Shown: positions 16,331 to 35,205, numbered from the stretch's first letter. The stretch: 64,000 nt of DNA from the human T2T-CHM13v2.0 reference genome, Homo sapiens (GCF_009914755.1 NC_060926.1); one strand, 5' to 3'. Notes: generated by a model not told the origin, from the sequence alone. Numbers and translations: made by a program.

Positions 16331-17511
16331 AAACTAGTATAGCTACTCCAACTCTCTCTTCTTTCTCTCTTTCTTTCTTCTTTCTTCCTTCCTTCCTTTC
16401 TTTCTTTCTTTCTCTCTTTCTTTCTTATACAAAACACTGATGTATCTAGCTCTATTTTGATTAGTATAAGCAACCTAATACTAACCCAACCCTTTCTTTT
16501 AACCATTTCTCCAACACTTTACTTTTAATTTATCTATGTCTTTAAAAAATAATTTCAACTGGTATTTTTATTAGGGAGTACATGTACAGGTTCGTTACGT
16601 GGATACATTGCGTGATGCTGAGGTAGAAATGATCCCGTCACCCAGGTAGTGAGCGTGGCACTCAATAGGTAGTCTTCACATTTAACATAGGTTTCTTGTG
16701 GACAACATATAATTGGGAGCCTCAAGTTTTTAAAAGACAAAATCTCCAGGTCCTAGGGATCATTTGGCTGTGAAGAATAGAAGACTCGGTGTTTCTTTCA
16801 GCAATTGTTAGTTTCATTTGCTGAGATAAAGAATGCAGGGGCAGAAGCAGGTTTGGGGATCGAGGAGATGAGGTGCTATGGTCACTTTGAATTTGATGTG
16901 CCCATGGCATATCTGAGGGACATGTCCAGGGAGAGGGGCCTTGGTGGGTCTGGAGATCAGGGTAGGGATGAGAGTTGGAGACGCTAATTTGGGACTCAGC
17001 AGGGCTATGATCCTGGTGGCCCTGAGAGAGTGGGCACACATAAGGGGAGTGTGCAGGCTGAAAGAGAATAGAACAAGGGCTGGCAGATCAGTGGGAATTA
17101 AGCCATCCAAATGGCTTACCCCAAATAATCAAACTGCAAAAAGGCAGAGACAGGATTTCTGTGTTTTGTCTCCTTCCCTCCACATCTGCCAATTTTATTC
17201 TCTCAGATCAGCTATTTTTAAGAAGCTAGGACCATAGCTCCTGGTACTTTTGGCATTGTATTTCATAATTTTGGCATTAGAGAAGAAAACCAACCCTCAG
17301 CTCCCACTCAGAACATCCCAGAAAAAGCTGTGATTGGCTCTGGCTTGGACCACATGGCCGCTTGGGGTCCCAGGATTCACGAGCTTCTCATCAGCAACAC
17401 AATTTGAACTAGGGGAGATGTTCCCCATAAGGATATAGGAGGAAGGCATACTGGGCAGACAAAAGTCACCAGCCACTCCCTTGGACACCAAGAGGTCAAG
17501 GTGAGTGAAAG

Positions 17512-17798
17512 GGCCAGGCGCAGTGGCTCATGCCTGTAATCCCAGCACTTTCAGAGGACAAGGTGGGCAGATCACTTGAGGCCAGGAGTTCAAGACCAGC
17601 CTGGCCAACATGGAGAAACCCCATCTCTACTAAAAATACAAAAATTAGCCAGGCATGGTGGAGCATGCCCATAGTCACAGCTATTCAGGAGGCTGAGGAT
17701 CCCTTGAACCCGGGAGACAGAGTTGCAGTGGGCTGGGATCACGCAACTGCACTCTAGCCTGGGCAACAGATTAAGACTCTGTCTCCAAAAAAAAAAAA
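17512..17798 (+). mobile_element. AluS/J-like SINE
   Basis: ggccaggcgcagtggctca...poly-A. Confidence 0.92.
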
Positions 17799-18107
17799 GC
17801 TCTAGGAGGAGATTTAGTTGTGCCCCAGAAGCAGAGGGAAAGTCAGGAAAGTGGAGCCTTGTAGGAGCAAAGTGAGATGGTCAGGAAGGCATGAAAGGTG
17901 AGAAGGTGGAGGCAGTGTTATGGGGTGGCTGTTTCAGGCAACTTGGCTGTGGGGCAAAACCCAAGGAGGAGGAGGGTATGAAAGCTGGATGGGGACGGTG
18001 AGGCTAAGAAAATGCATTTTTAAGATAGACAAGACCTGAGCTTATCACTATTCAGAGGGTAAAGGACCAGGAGAGTGGACGAGGATGAAGATGTGAGGGG
18101 AGGATAA

Positions 18108-18858
18108 TATACTAGTCACTCATTGCTGCATAACAAGTTATCCCAAACTTTAACAGCTTGGAATAACAAGTATTTATTATCTCACACAAGTTTTGGGGGT
18201 CAGAAATCTAAGAGCAGCTTATCTGGGTGGTTCCGGCCCAGGGACCCTCATAGGGTTTGTAGTAGTTGCTTGGGTTGCCATGACCAAATACTGCAGACTG
18301 AGGATGGGGTGGGGGTGGGGCTTAAACAATGGAAAAGTATATTCTCCACTGTTCTGGAGGCTAGAAATACAATATCAGGGTGTCAGCAGGGTTGGGTTCT
18401 ACCAGGCATCTCTCCTTGGCTTGCAGATGTGGGCACAGCCATCTGTCCTCTTGTCATCTCTTCACACAGTCTTCCCTCTGCATGTCTGCATCCTAATCTG
18501 TTGTTGACTATAAAATTGTCGTCACAATGTTGGCTGAGCTATGGTGATCTGAAGCCACAACTGGGGCTGGAGGGTCCCTTCCAAGATCACACAGCTGTTA
18601 ACTGGGGCCCTCAGTTCTCACAACACGGGCCTCTCCTTAGGGCTGTTTGAGCATCCTCACAACCTCCAGGCTCCCCAGGCTGAGAGATCTTAGAGAGAGA
18701 GCAAGCAGGAAGCCACAAAGGCTCTACTCCATTCCTTCTACCTTATTCTATTTGGCAAAAGCAAATCACTAAGTCCACACTCGAGATGGGGTGAATTAGT
18801 CTCTCTTTTGAAGGGAGATGTGTCAAAGAATTTGGGGACATACATTAAACCACTACAG
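18108..18858. mobile_element. MaLR MLT1-type LTR(s), apparently one nested within another
   Basis: Two MLT1-like starts (attgctgcataacaa; gttgccatgaccaaatac) and a terminal ...aaaccactaca. Confidence 0.6.
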
Positions 18859-20376
18859 TAATTGATAAAGCAAGGCCCTAAAGCAGAGGCGGGAGAAGGC
18901 AGGGCTGGAAGGATTCGTGTGGGCTGTCAGGGTTCCCTGCCCCTGGGCAGTCATCTAAGTCTGCAGAGATACAGAGGAGACAGGGAGGGGCAGCGTTGGA
19001 AGCTGAGTGTTGTTTCTCTCTTGTTTCAGTGAAAGAGGTCAAGGTGTTCTGCGGAGTGGGTGGTGGAAAGGAGCTTTGAAATAGGGATTTTGGCAGAAAC
19101 AGCTGACTGGGGCCTAAAGAACGATCTCTGGACACTGCTGAAGGCCTAGAGGAGGTGCAGGCCATGAGACCACCCTGCCCCTGTCTGTAAGGGGGTGGAA
19201 TACATCCCCAGCCCTGCTCAGCTCCAAGGCTGGGACTTTGCAAGGAGAGATCAGGAATCAGTTCAAGGGAAATCACAGTATTCGCAGGAGGGTGACGGAC
19301 CACAGGGGCCCACGTCATGTATGCTTCCTTCTGGTTCAAGTTGGCATTTGGAAAAAAAAGTGTGCTTCTTGTATTTTCTTTTCTTTGGGCCTTTTAATTT
19401 TTACTTTTAATTGACGCATAATAATTGTACATATGTGTGGGGTACAGTGAGGGTGTTTCAATATGTATTTTATTTTTGTATTCCATTTACAAGTTTTGAT
19501 CTGACCACTTTCGTTCCAAAAAGATTTGAGGCCGTTTCCAGGCTAGTTGGGGATGGAAATGAAGCCAGGAGGTGGGCTGGTAGACAGAGGAGACATGGAA
19601 GGACCCAGGTGTCATGATGGAATGAGAACAAGTTGCTCATGGGACCCAGCTGGGTCCAGGGCGTGTTGTGGTGGGGAGGGGCGGTGGAGGCCACAGCTTC
19701 TGAAGCGGAGCAGTTCTGGGCTGTGGGAAGACCAGGCAAGCCATGGAGTGGGGGCCCCTAGGGCTGGGGGTCAGAGGAGGAGACGTCTATGGTATGTGAC
19801 AGGCCATGTGGGGAATGGCAGGACCAACATGGGGTCTCCTGTGAGGCAGATCCTGGTGTCTGGAGAGGAATGATGGGGCATGCCTGGAGGTCAGATGCTG
19901 CAGCGGGGAGGAGGGCAGGACCACGGGTGGGCCTCAAACTTCCACATGGGGTGGAGAATCCAGAATCTGGAAGCAACAATGGGCAGCCAGAGGCAGGGCA
20001 ATTCCCTCTGTGTCTTTTCCCACCTGCCACCCCCTGAAAGAGCTGTCTGGGAGCCAGGATTCAGTTATACAACAGGTATTCTCTGCATTTTTATACAGGT
20101 TCTTAAACATTCCCAAAGCAGAGGATGTGGGGCAAAGAGGAGGGATTTTGGAGCTGGGGAGAAAATTCTCCTTCTTTGCTTACTAACTGCATAGCCTCTG
20201 CAAAGTCTCAGCATTTCTCAGCATTTCTCAGTTTTCTCACCTGTAAAACAGAGACAGCAGCATTTCTTCTCAGAGCTTCCTCCGCCACTGTGCACCCTCA
20301 CTCATCCATCAAAGCCGTTGTCAAAGTCACATCCTCTCCAAGGGCTTCATCTGCTCTTTCACTGGACAAGTATTGA

Positions 20377-24850
<4,474 letters not shown>

Positions 24851-26225
24851 GTGGTATTGGTATAAAAATAGGCATATAGACCAATGGAACAAAATAGAGA
24901 ACCCAGTAATAAACCCAATTGCTTACAGCCAACTGACCTTCAACAAAGCAAACAAAAACGTAAAGTGGGGAAATAACACCCTATTCAACAAATGGTACTG
25001 GGATAATTGAAAAGCCACATGTAGGAGAGTGAAACTGAATCCTCATCTCTCACCTTATATAAAAATCAACTCAAGATGGATCAAGGACTTAAATCTAAGA
25101 CCTAAAACTATAAAAATTCTAGACTATAACATCAGAAAATCCCTTCTAGACATTGGCTTAGGCAAAGATTTCATGACCAAGAGCCCAAAAAACAAATGCA
25201 ACAAATACAAAGATAAATAGGTGGGACTTAACTAAACTAAAGAGCTTTTGCACAGCAAAATGAACAGTCAGCAGAGCAAACAGATAACCCATAAAGTGGG
25301 AGAAAATCTTCACAAACTATGCATCTGACAAAGGACTAATATCCAGAATCTACAAGGAACTCAAACAAATTAGTAAGAAAAAAAACCAAACAATCCCATC
25401 AAAAAGTGGGCTAAGGTTATGAATAGACAATTCTCAAAAGAAGATATATAAATGGCCAACAAACATGAAAAAATGCTCAACATCACTAATGATCAGGGAA
25501 ATAGAAATCAAAACTGCAATGTGATACCACCTTACTCCTACAAGAATGGCCATAATTAAAAAATCAAAAAATAAAAGATGTTAGCATGGATGCAGTGAAA
25601 AGGGAATGCTTCTACACTGCTGGTGGGAATGTAAACTAGTACAGCCACTATGCAAAACAGTGTGGAGATTCCTTAAAGAACTAAAAGTAGAACTTCCATT
25701 TGATGCAGCAATCCCACTACTGGGTGTCTACCCAGGGGAAAAGAACTCACTATTCGAAAAGATACTTGCACGCACATGTTTATAGCAGCATGATTCACAA
25801 TTGCAAAAATGTGGAACCAGCCCAAATGCCTATCAGTGAACAAGTGGATAAAGAAATTGTGATATCTATGTATCATATATATAGAGATATAGACGTATAT
25901 ATATGATATACATATGTATGATGGAATACTACTCAGCCATAAAAAGGAATGAATTAATGGCTTTCACAGCAACCTGGATGGGATTGGAGACTCTTATTCT
26001 AAGTGAAGTAACTCGGGAATGGAAAACCAAACATCGTATGTTCTCACTCATAAGTGGGAGCTAAGCTATGAGGATGCAAAGGTGTAAGAATGATACAATG
26101 GACTTTGGGGACTCGGGGAAAGGGAGGGAAGGGGGTGAGGAATGAAAGACTACAAATTGGGTTCCATGTATATTTCGCTGGTGATGCGTGCACCAAAATC
26201 CCACAAGTCACGGCTAAAGAGCTTA
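24851..26225 (+). mobile_element. L1PB-like element, sense 3' part (ORF2 C-terminus + 3' UTR, no poly-A)
   Basis: tggtattggtataaaaataggcatatagaccaatggaac... ORF 25029-25220 ([11 protein letters not shown]); 3' UTR ends at ...taaagagctta. Confidence 0.92.
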
Positions 26226-26950
26226 GCAATAGACCTGGTACCCACCTTGCACTGCTCAGCGCAGGGAGGGGAAGCTGCCAACACTCAGTCAGGGTAACTC
26301 GGGGTTTCCTCCTTTAAATGGGACAAGTGGGCTCCTCCCCGCTCCTCCTCCTGCTGGGCCTGGCTGCCTACTTGGGCCTGGCTGCCTGCTCCCTCTAGAA
26401 CCACCAGGTGCTAAGGACAGGTTTGAAAGGAGGCAGATCCGGGTTTGATTCCCAGCTGTGCTACTAATTAACTGAGTGGCATTTCCTGCATTGAGTCCCA
26501 TGTCTAAAGTGAGGGAACACGCACATTCTGCAGTGCTGTGAGGCTTAAAGTTGTGTCTATAGCTCCAGTGGCTGCTTACCTGAGCACTTCCCAAGATGTG
26601 TGACGGTGACTGGTTTTCATGGATATCTGACCAGTTAAAATTGGGGCTTCTGGATGACAGGGAACCACCTACTCCCTGTATCAAGCCCAGGACTGGGTAT
26701 GAAATACGTCTTCAATAAAGGTGACATAGGATGAAGAAGCTGAGAACAGCTCTTGCACTTGGGCTAGGACTGTGACTCATTCATCCATTTATTCAGCATT
26801 GTTTTTGAGCCAGGTCCCATGCCGGGCACTTAGGGAAGTGTTGGTGAACAAGCCCAGCTCCTGTGCTCCAGGGGCTCCTATTGGGGCTGTGTATGGAGCT
26901 GACGTTCTGCTTTCTCTCTCCATACAGGCTTGTGGAACTGCTGACTCAGG

Positions 26951-26968
26951 ATGTCGGGGTTCAGGCTG
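26951..26968 (+). CDS. MYO7B: Myosin VIIb exon 2 coding part (MSGFRL); exon spans 26928-26968
   Basis: Acceptor ctctctccatacag|G at 26928; in-frame TGA 9 nt upstream of ATG; A at -3; donor CTG|gtaaga; joins in frame to exon 3. Confidence 0.9.
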
Positions 26969-27170
26969 GTAAGAATTGTATGATTTGATCTAGGGGTTAT
27001 TGGTGTAAGTTACTCAAGGCCAAGTTGAATCGCTCCCAAGGAAAGAGAGGAAAGGCAATGAGACCCTATAGGAAAATACCAGAGACAGGGGAGTTTAGGA
27101 AACACGACAGATTCTAGCATCTAAAGAAAACAAGTTTGGCCAGCCACTGGCCTCGGCAATACATGTATAG

Positions 27171-27545
<375 letters not shown>

Positions 27546-28496
27546 AACAAAGGGATTTCCCAGTTGCCTCATTGCGGCAGTTGCCGGGAGCTCCCCCAGA
27601 GAAAACAGGGAACTGGGGAACTGTGGGCATGGGTAGGACTGAAACCCAGGTCTGAATCACCCCTTTGGACTCTGCATCGTGTTCCCTTCACTCAACAAAT
27701 ATTCCTGTGTTCCGGTGGCCAAGAGATGGCTCCTCCACAGGAAGAAAGCAGAGGAGTTTTGCATTTACTGTCAAATCAACAGACCCTGGGGAACTGCCCT
27801 GCCCTGGGAGGCAGGGACAGGCCTTGAGAAGCCTGGCGGCGGGGAGTGCAGGGTGGAGAGCTCAGAGGCTGGTGAGCCCAGAGAGCAGAGGCCCCAAACC
27901 AGCCTGTGCATCCTTCCCTGCCCTCCACATTTCCACCCTTGCCCCATGCCCTACAGAGTCCAGGAGAGCAGGACAGTGCTGCGAAGTGCTCTTTGATAAG
28001 AAAATGCCCCGAATGTTCTCCTCCTGAGTGCAAAGCCACACAGGACATCGTTCCTGGCTGCTGGAGCACACTGCTGCGAGGAGGACCTTCACTACGCAGC
28101 GGCCCCTGGTGCTGCCACTAAGCCTGGCAGCATCTGACTCACAGAATGGACAGCCAAGATTGGCTTCTTGTTTTCAGTTACAGAATAGAGCTTAGGCTGT
28201 TTTAGTTTGGAGAAAGGACACACATGGTCTAAAAGGTCAGGTTGTGAGCGCTTCTGGTAACTAAGTTGCAAACATGAGAGCGTGGCTCCACTTTGGAGCA
28301 TGATGTGGTTTTAAGACAAAGCCAAACATTTCACAAAGGAATATGCCACGGGATGCATCAACGCCAAATGTCCCTCTGGGAATGCGACTAACTGCAAGCA
28401 GAGTTTAGAAAAACACCTCTTGGGGCCCTATTACTCACAATTACAATTGCAGGCCTGCTCTGTCTTCAGAGATTGTAAGTCTTTGAGAGGAGAGTA

Positions 28497-28757
<261 letters not shown>

Positions 28758-29014
28758 GAGTGGTCATGTTTTTAATGAATAAGTCTTTCAGAGGGCCCAT
28801 GTGGTTGTTGAGCCCTCTGTGGTGCCCTCTGTGCTGGACACTATGCGGGGTCCCTGCCATAGGGCATTCCATCTTCACAGCAGCCCTGTGAAGCGGGCCC
28901 TTTCAACAGATAAGAAAGTTAAGGTTCAGAGCAGTTAAGTGACTTTCCCAAGGCCGTATAACTCCTGTAATATAGAGTAGAGATTAGAACCCAGCCGGAC
29001 TGTCTGACTTCACT

Positions 29015-29457
29015 GGGGCTTGGACTGCCATAACAAGGTATCACAGACTGGATGGCCTAAACCACAGACATTTGCGTTCTCACAGTCCTGGAAGCTGGAA
29101 GTCCAAGGTCAAGGTGCCTTTAGGGTTGGTGTCTGGTGAAGCCTCTCTTCCTGGCTGGTAGATGGCTGTCTTCTCATCTTATCTTCACATGGCCTTTCTT
29201 CTGTGCTGGGGGGTGAGGAGAGGGAGAAAGAAAAAGAGAGAGAGAGAGAGAAAGGGAGAGAGAGAGAGCGTGCATGCATCTCACTCTGGTGCCTCTTCCT
29301 TTTTTATAGACACCAGTCCTGTTGGATTAGGACCACACCCTTAGGACCTTATTTAACCTTAATTACCTCCTTGAAGGCCTTATCTGCAAATATGGTCATG
29401 TCAGGAATTGGGGCTTCACTATATGAATTCTGGAGGGACACAATTCAGTCCATATAA
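29015..29457. mobile_element. MaLR MLT1A-like LTR
   Basis: ctgccataacaa...gaagctggaagtccaaggtcaagg...gggacacaattcagtccata. Confidence 0.8.
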
Positions 29458-29460
29458 TGA

Positions 29461-30135
<675 letters not shown>

Positions 30136-31378
30136 CTAATTCTAATTTTTTAACAAATTCTATATCATTTTGCTCACTTTTCTCCTTCCTACCTTTTATG
30201 ATTCTTCCCATGTTTTTATAATCAGGGTATGTTCTCCTGCTGTTTCCAATTTTGCTTTCATTCTGGTCTGCATTTCTTTCATTTCCTCAATTTTTTCATT
30301 CGGCTCTGCCAACTCATGTCTCATCCTTTTTCTCAGTTGTCCCCCATCTAATTCCTGGGCTCTTTTGCCTCTGACCTACTCTTTGGTCAGTTTTTGTAAA
30401 TTATGGTGAAATACTTGGTCACAACTTCCTACTGCTCTGTGGCAGTTATTTCTCTTTTGCTGAGTATTATTTGCTCCTTTCCTCCTCTTGGGTTTCAGTA
30501 CCTCCGAACACAGAACTGTGCTGGTTCCTTTTGGATTACTTCTCTTCAGATGGGGTGAGCTTTCTTGGATTAGAAGGAGGTTCATGAGGTGTCAATGCCA
30601 CAGTGCAGGCTAGCAGAAATCTCACATGTGAATTTTTAGTAGTGGCTTCTCCCACCCAATAGATCTGGGTACTGCAGAGCTTTTCACAGGGCAAGACTTC
30701 TCTTTTCCCACCCCACAGAGAGACTGCTTCCTGCAAATATGGAAGACCTGCAAATATGGTGTTTCCTAGAACCAAGACAGGCCAGGCAAGCTCCGCCTGC
30801 CACCTTGTGCCCTTGCTCCTACTGCTGCAGCAAGACATGCTGCTTTTGCATGCCAGGATGGGCTCCTGCCTTGGAGAAGTGAACTTTGCCCTCTCTTTCT
30901 GGAACCTACAGCTGGGGCCACCTTTTCAGCTTCCTCCTGCGTCTTCTAGTGCTCGTTTCTGTTTCTCATCCTCCTATTGCTTGTGGGTGATTTCTGAGAG
31001 GATGCAACTCTTGCTACCGTCATCAAGCTTGAGAAGCACTTTCTCTCTTAACCACTCAGCCACACCACCTTCCTAAATAGTAGCCAAGTTTCTTTTTCAT
31101 TATGAGAGGTGCTGTGGTGAGACCAGAGCTCCTGTTCTTGTCAGCTTATTGTCCCAGACAAGACAAAGACATGGAGAGAAGCTGTACAGGCGCTTGGTAC
31201 CTGCCCAGTGAGCAGGGAGAAAGAGAGATGGGAGAGGGGAGGAGAGGAAAGGAGAGACAAGCTCCAGCCACCTTGGGAGCTCTGGGCTGGAAGGCATAGC
31301 CCCGAAGAGAAGTAAGTATCCAGCAGGGAGGGGAAGAGAGAGCGGGGATCACACCACTGTCTTCTGTCTGCCCTCCAG

Positions 31379-31492
31379 GGTGACCACGTGTGGCTGGAGC
31401 CTCCCTCCACCCACAAGACCAGCGTGGCCATCGGGGGCATCATCAAAGAGGCAAAGCCAGGCAAAGTCTTGGTTGAAGATGACGAGGGCAAG
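31379..31492 (+). CDS. MYO7B: Myosin VIIb exon 3 (GDHVWLEPP...DDEGK), N-terminal SH3-like region
   Basis: ccctccag|GGT ... AAG|gtcagt; 114 nt; class VII myosin N-terminus. Confidence 0.95.
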
Positions 31493-32458
31493 GTCAGTGT
31501 TCTGGGGTTTCCTCTGGGCCCTGCCCTGCCCTCACATCCAGGGCCCTGGAGCCCTCCCCGCCCTGTGGAGCCTCTCCCCAACACCAGGGGCTCCAAGGCC
31601 AAGTGGGGACCTGGGTGGCAGGACAGATCACGGTGGAGTCCTGCCATGGAGAACATGGCCTGTGTGTCCTGGGGAACGTTTCAAGAAGGAAGTGGGAAGT
31701 GGGAAAGGGGCTCTGGAAGGGCCAGAGGGGCAGAAAGCCAGTTTGCAAAATGAAACGGGCAAGGGGGAAAGGTGGGTGAGGAAGGTGTGTGGAGGGGCAG
31801 GACGGGGCAAAATGCACAAGTAAGAGGCCAGCAAGCTGGAGTGGCCCGGGAGTGACCAGCTCGTCCACCAGAGGGGTCAGGGCCAGCTAGGTGGTGAGCA
31901 GGGAAGGGCTTACAATGGAGTGTCCAGCCGGTCACTTAGCTCCTCAGATTGTCCTCTGTGCTCAGCTGGGTGCTGCAGGCTTAGCCTCCAAGGAGAAGTT
32001 TCTAGGCTGTGGCCTGTGAGTTCCAGATGATGGAAGTCAGTAAAATAATAACAATATCTTCTATTTGTGTGACACTGTAGTTTTTTAAAAAAGCTTTTAC
32101 TTGCACAGTCTTATTCCAACAACCTGCAAGGCTCCCAGCTGCAACCTGACCCTAAATCTAACTTCTGGCTATAAGCTCCTTTGTCCCTGGTCTGAAATTC
32201 AGCCCTAGCCCCAGCTACGCCCTAACCCTGGGCCCTAGACCCATGCTGACCCAGCCATAGATGGACCGGATCCTGCCACAGGAGTCTCTTGACCCTTGTC
32301 ATAGACTGACCCTGGCCGGAGGCTGGCCACTGCCCCAGGTCAGCTGATCCATGACCCGGAAGGTCACCTTGCTGCTGAGAACTTGGAGGGGAGGGTGTGG
32401 CAGGCTGGCCATGGGGATGGAGGCCACCCCTCAGGGGAGTCTGCACCCATTGTTCCAG

Positions 32459-32611
32459 GAACACTGGATCCGAGCAGAGGACTTTGGTGTCCTCAGTCCC
32501 ATGCACCCCAACTCAGTCCAGGGTGTGGACGACATGATCCGCCTGGGGGACCTGAACGAGGCAGGCATGGTGCACAACCTCCTGATCCGCTACCAGCAGC
32601 ACAAGATCTAT
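32459..32611 (+). CDS. MYO7B: Myosin VIIb exon 4 (EHWIRAE...[14 protein letters not shown]...KIY)
   Basis: ttccag|GAA ... TAT|gtgagt; 153 nt; DDMxxLxDLxE start of myosin head. Confidence 0.97.
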
Positions 32612-33869
32612 GTGAGTCTCCCCAGCCCTGTGTCCACAGGGGAGCCCCTCACAGGTGCCAACCTCCTGGACAGGGAGAAGAAAATGATGCACAGGGGGCA
32701 CTGCCCCCCATGCCCTCACTGAGGGAGGTGGGCGAGGTGCCTAACTTTTCCCAATCTCTGCTGCCCAGTCCCAAACAAGGAGGGTGATCCCACCCTGGAG
32801 GGGAGGAAGCCAATGCGTAGAGTGACAGCACAGTGCCTGGCACAGTCTCTGCTCAGTGAGGGCTGCAGATGGCCATCAGGTGGCCATCATCCTCTGCCCT
32901 CTCCTTCCCAGGCATGTTGTAGAGACAGAGTCACTAGACAGAAAGCCCCTGGCCTCCCAAGAGTGAGGCCCGTGACAGCCCAGATCCCAAGGTCCTGATT
33001 CACCAGACGAGGGGGCCATGGGGATGGATGTGGGCCCTCCGTGCAAACCTGGCCTGGATGGAGGTTCACTCCAGCCTGAAGCTCTCATCCTGGTTCCAAT
33101 GCAGATTTTTCCAGGGGAGGTGGTATTCCAAAACCGACACCAGTTCGGCCTAAGTAGGTGTGGCCTGCAGAAGCCACTGCCTGCCTGGGCCTCTCTGGTC
33201 TGGAGGGGTGGCTAGCTTGGTTCTGACTGGCCCTTCTGGGCTGCTCAGAGGAAAGCAGCTTGTGCTTCCAAAGGGCTTTTGCCTGCACTCCTCATCTGGT
33301 GGCACAGCCTGAAGCCAGAGGGCACGTCCTCTCCTTTCCTAAAGTGAAAACCAGGACACCATGGTCATGTGGCTTATTGTGCAGGCTCTGCCTGCCGCAC
33401 CCCCTGAGGGGCAGTGGGGCTGGGTGGGGGCTCCAGATGGGCAGCTGATCCAGGGCGGAGGTCCCAGGGGCACACAGAATTTGGGGTTGGGGTCCGTGAG
33501 GCCCAGTTGTTGACCAGCCTATATGAAAGCCCCTGCGGGATGCAGGTGAAAACCCATTTCATACTTAGTCCATTTTTATCGAGCCCCTTCTAAATACCAG
33601 GCAGGGTACAAAACAGTTAACATTTGATCTTCCTGGAAATATGTTCCCTGGGAGCTCACCTTCCTGGTGGATATCCCATCTTCCCAGAGGAGAGATCTGC
33701 GCAGCTGAATGTCTGATCTCCCTGGCCCAGAATCAGATTCTACTTCCCCACCAAAGTCAGTGGCCCTGATAACCCCTGAGGGCAGAGCCAGAGCCAAGGC
33801 CAAGGCCAAGGCCAGGGCCGAGTACCTCTGCCAGGGGCAGAGGGCACTGACCACCTGCTTCCTTCCCAG

Positions 33870-34054
33870 ACATACACAGGCTCCATCCTGGTGGCCGTCA
33901 ACCCGTTCCAGGTGCTGCCGCTCTACACCCTGGAGCAGGTACAGCTCTACTACAGCCGCCATATGGGCGAGCTGCCCCCGCATGTCTTTGCCATCGCCAA
34001 CAACTGCTACTTCAGCATGAAGAGGAACAAGAGGGACCAGTGCTGCATCATCAG
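33870..34054 (+). CDS. MYO7B: Myosin VIIb exon 5 ([13 protein letters not shown]...LPPHVFAIA...QCCIIS)
   Basis: cccag|ACA ... AG|gtgagg; 185 nt; conserved motor motifs. Confidence 0.97.
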
Positions 34055-34714
34055 GTGAGGCAGAGGGGTCAGGCACCACCTCCAGGCATCTCCCTGAACT
34101 GCTCCCCACCAGCATGCCTGCAAGATCAGGCGAGATGAGAGCTCTCCCTACTCCATGGCACACACCCATCTCCACAGCACACAACGGCCCCAGTTACCCT
34201 GCACCCCGAGCAGTTCCCCCAAAGCTTCCTTCCTTCAGAACCTAGGCTTTCATCGTGTCACCAGGGACTGGACTGCCCAGCTTTTAATAAAGGTTTACTG
34301 AGTCAAGGAAGGAAGTTGGGCTGGGTTCCTTTAGAAATGGGCCCCAGGAGTCGGGCATAGTAGCTCATGCCTATAATCCCAGGGACTTGGGAGGTCAAAG
34401 GAGGAGGATTGCTTGAGGCCAGAAGTTTGAGACCAGCCTAGACAACATAGCAAGACCCTCTCTCTGTAAAAATAAAAAAAGAAAAAGATATGGGACCCAG
34501 GTTAGGCACTTAAAGCTGCAGGAGTTGAACAGGTGAGGGCCCACTCAAAAAAAAACTCAGGGCAGGCCTCAGGTGAGGACAGAGGAGCAGCAGCTCCAGG
34601 GGACAGCTCTCAGTTCACTAGGGGACCAGAAGGAAAGTGTCCCCTCCAGTCCAGGTCCTGACTGCTTCAGAGACTCCCTGCCTGGCCTGGCCTCTCTACC
34701 AGTGACCACAGACC

Positions 34715-34890
34715 CTGAGAACTTGGAGGGGAGGGTGTGGCAGGCTGGCCACGGGGATGGAAGCCACCCCTCAGGGGAGTCTGCACCCGTTGTTCCAGGA
34801 ACACTGGATCCTAGCAGAGAACTTTGGTGTCCTCAGCCCCATGCACCCCAACTCAGTCCATGGCGTGGATGACATGATCCACCTGGGGGA
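34715..34890 (+). pseudogene. Partial duplicate of intron 3 end + exon 4 5' part (pseudo-exon) in intron 5
   Basis: Ungapped match to 32375-32550 at offset 2340, 10 mismatches in 176 bp. Confidence 0.93.
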
Positions 34891-35205
34891 TTCATTCATT
34901 CATTCATTCATTCATTCAATCATTTGAGGTTTTGTCATGCCCCAACTGAGTGCCCCCAACTGTCCTAACATGGTGAGGCAGCAGCTAACAAAAGGGACCA
35001 GAATCCCTTCCTCAGGGAGCTTATATTCTAGAAGCGGAGACAGACAGGCAACAAATAAGTGCGTTTTTATGTAGGTCCTAACAGCTTTGAAGAAAAACAC
35101 AGCAGGGGAGAGGAAAGGGTGATGTCGGCCTCTTCATTAGATAGGGGGCAGGCCAGGCACGGCCTCTCTGAGGAGGGATGTTGAACAGAGACCAGAATGA
35201 AGTCC
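34891..35205 (-). mobile_element. L2 3' end with (TTCA)n tail
   Basis: (ttca)n then ctcagggagcttatattctag...ggcctctctgaggagggatgttgaacagagacc. Confidence 0.7.

Noticed and set aside
34799-34890. Exon 4 copy as a functional mutually exclusive alternative exon
   Set aside because: It lies downstream of exon 5, lacks the last 61 nt of exon 4, and hits stops in both relevant frames
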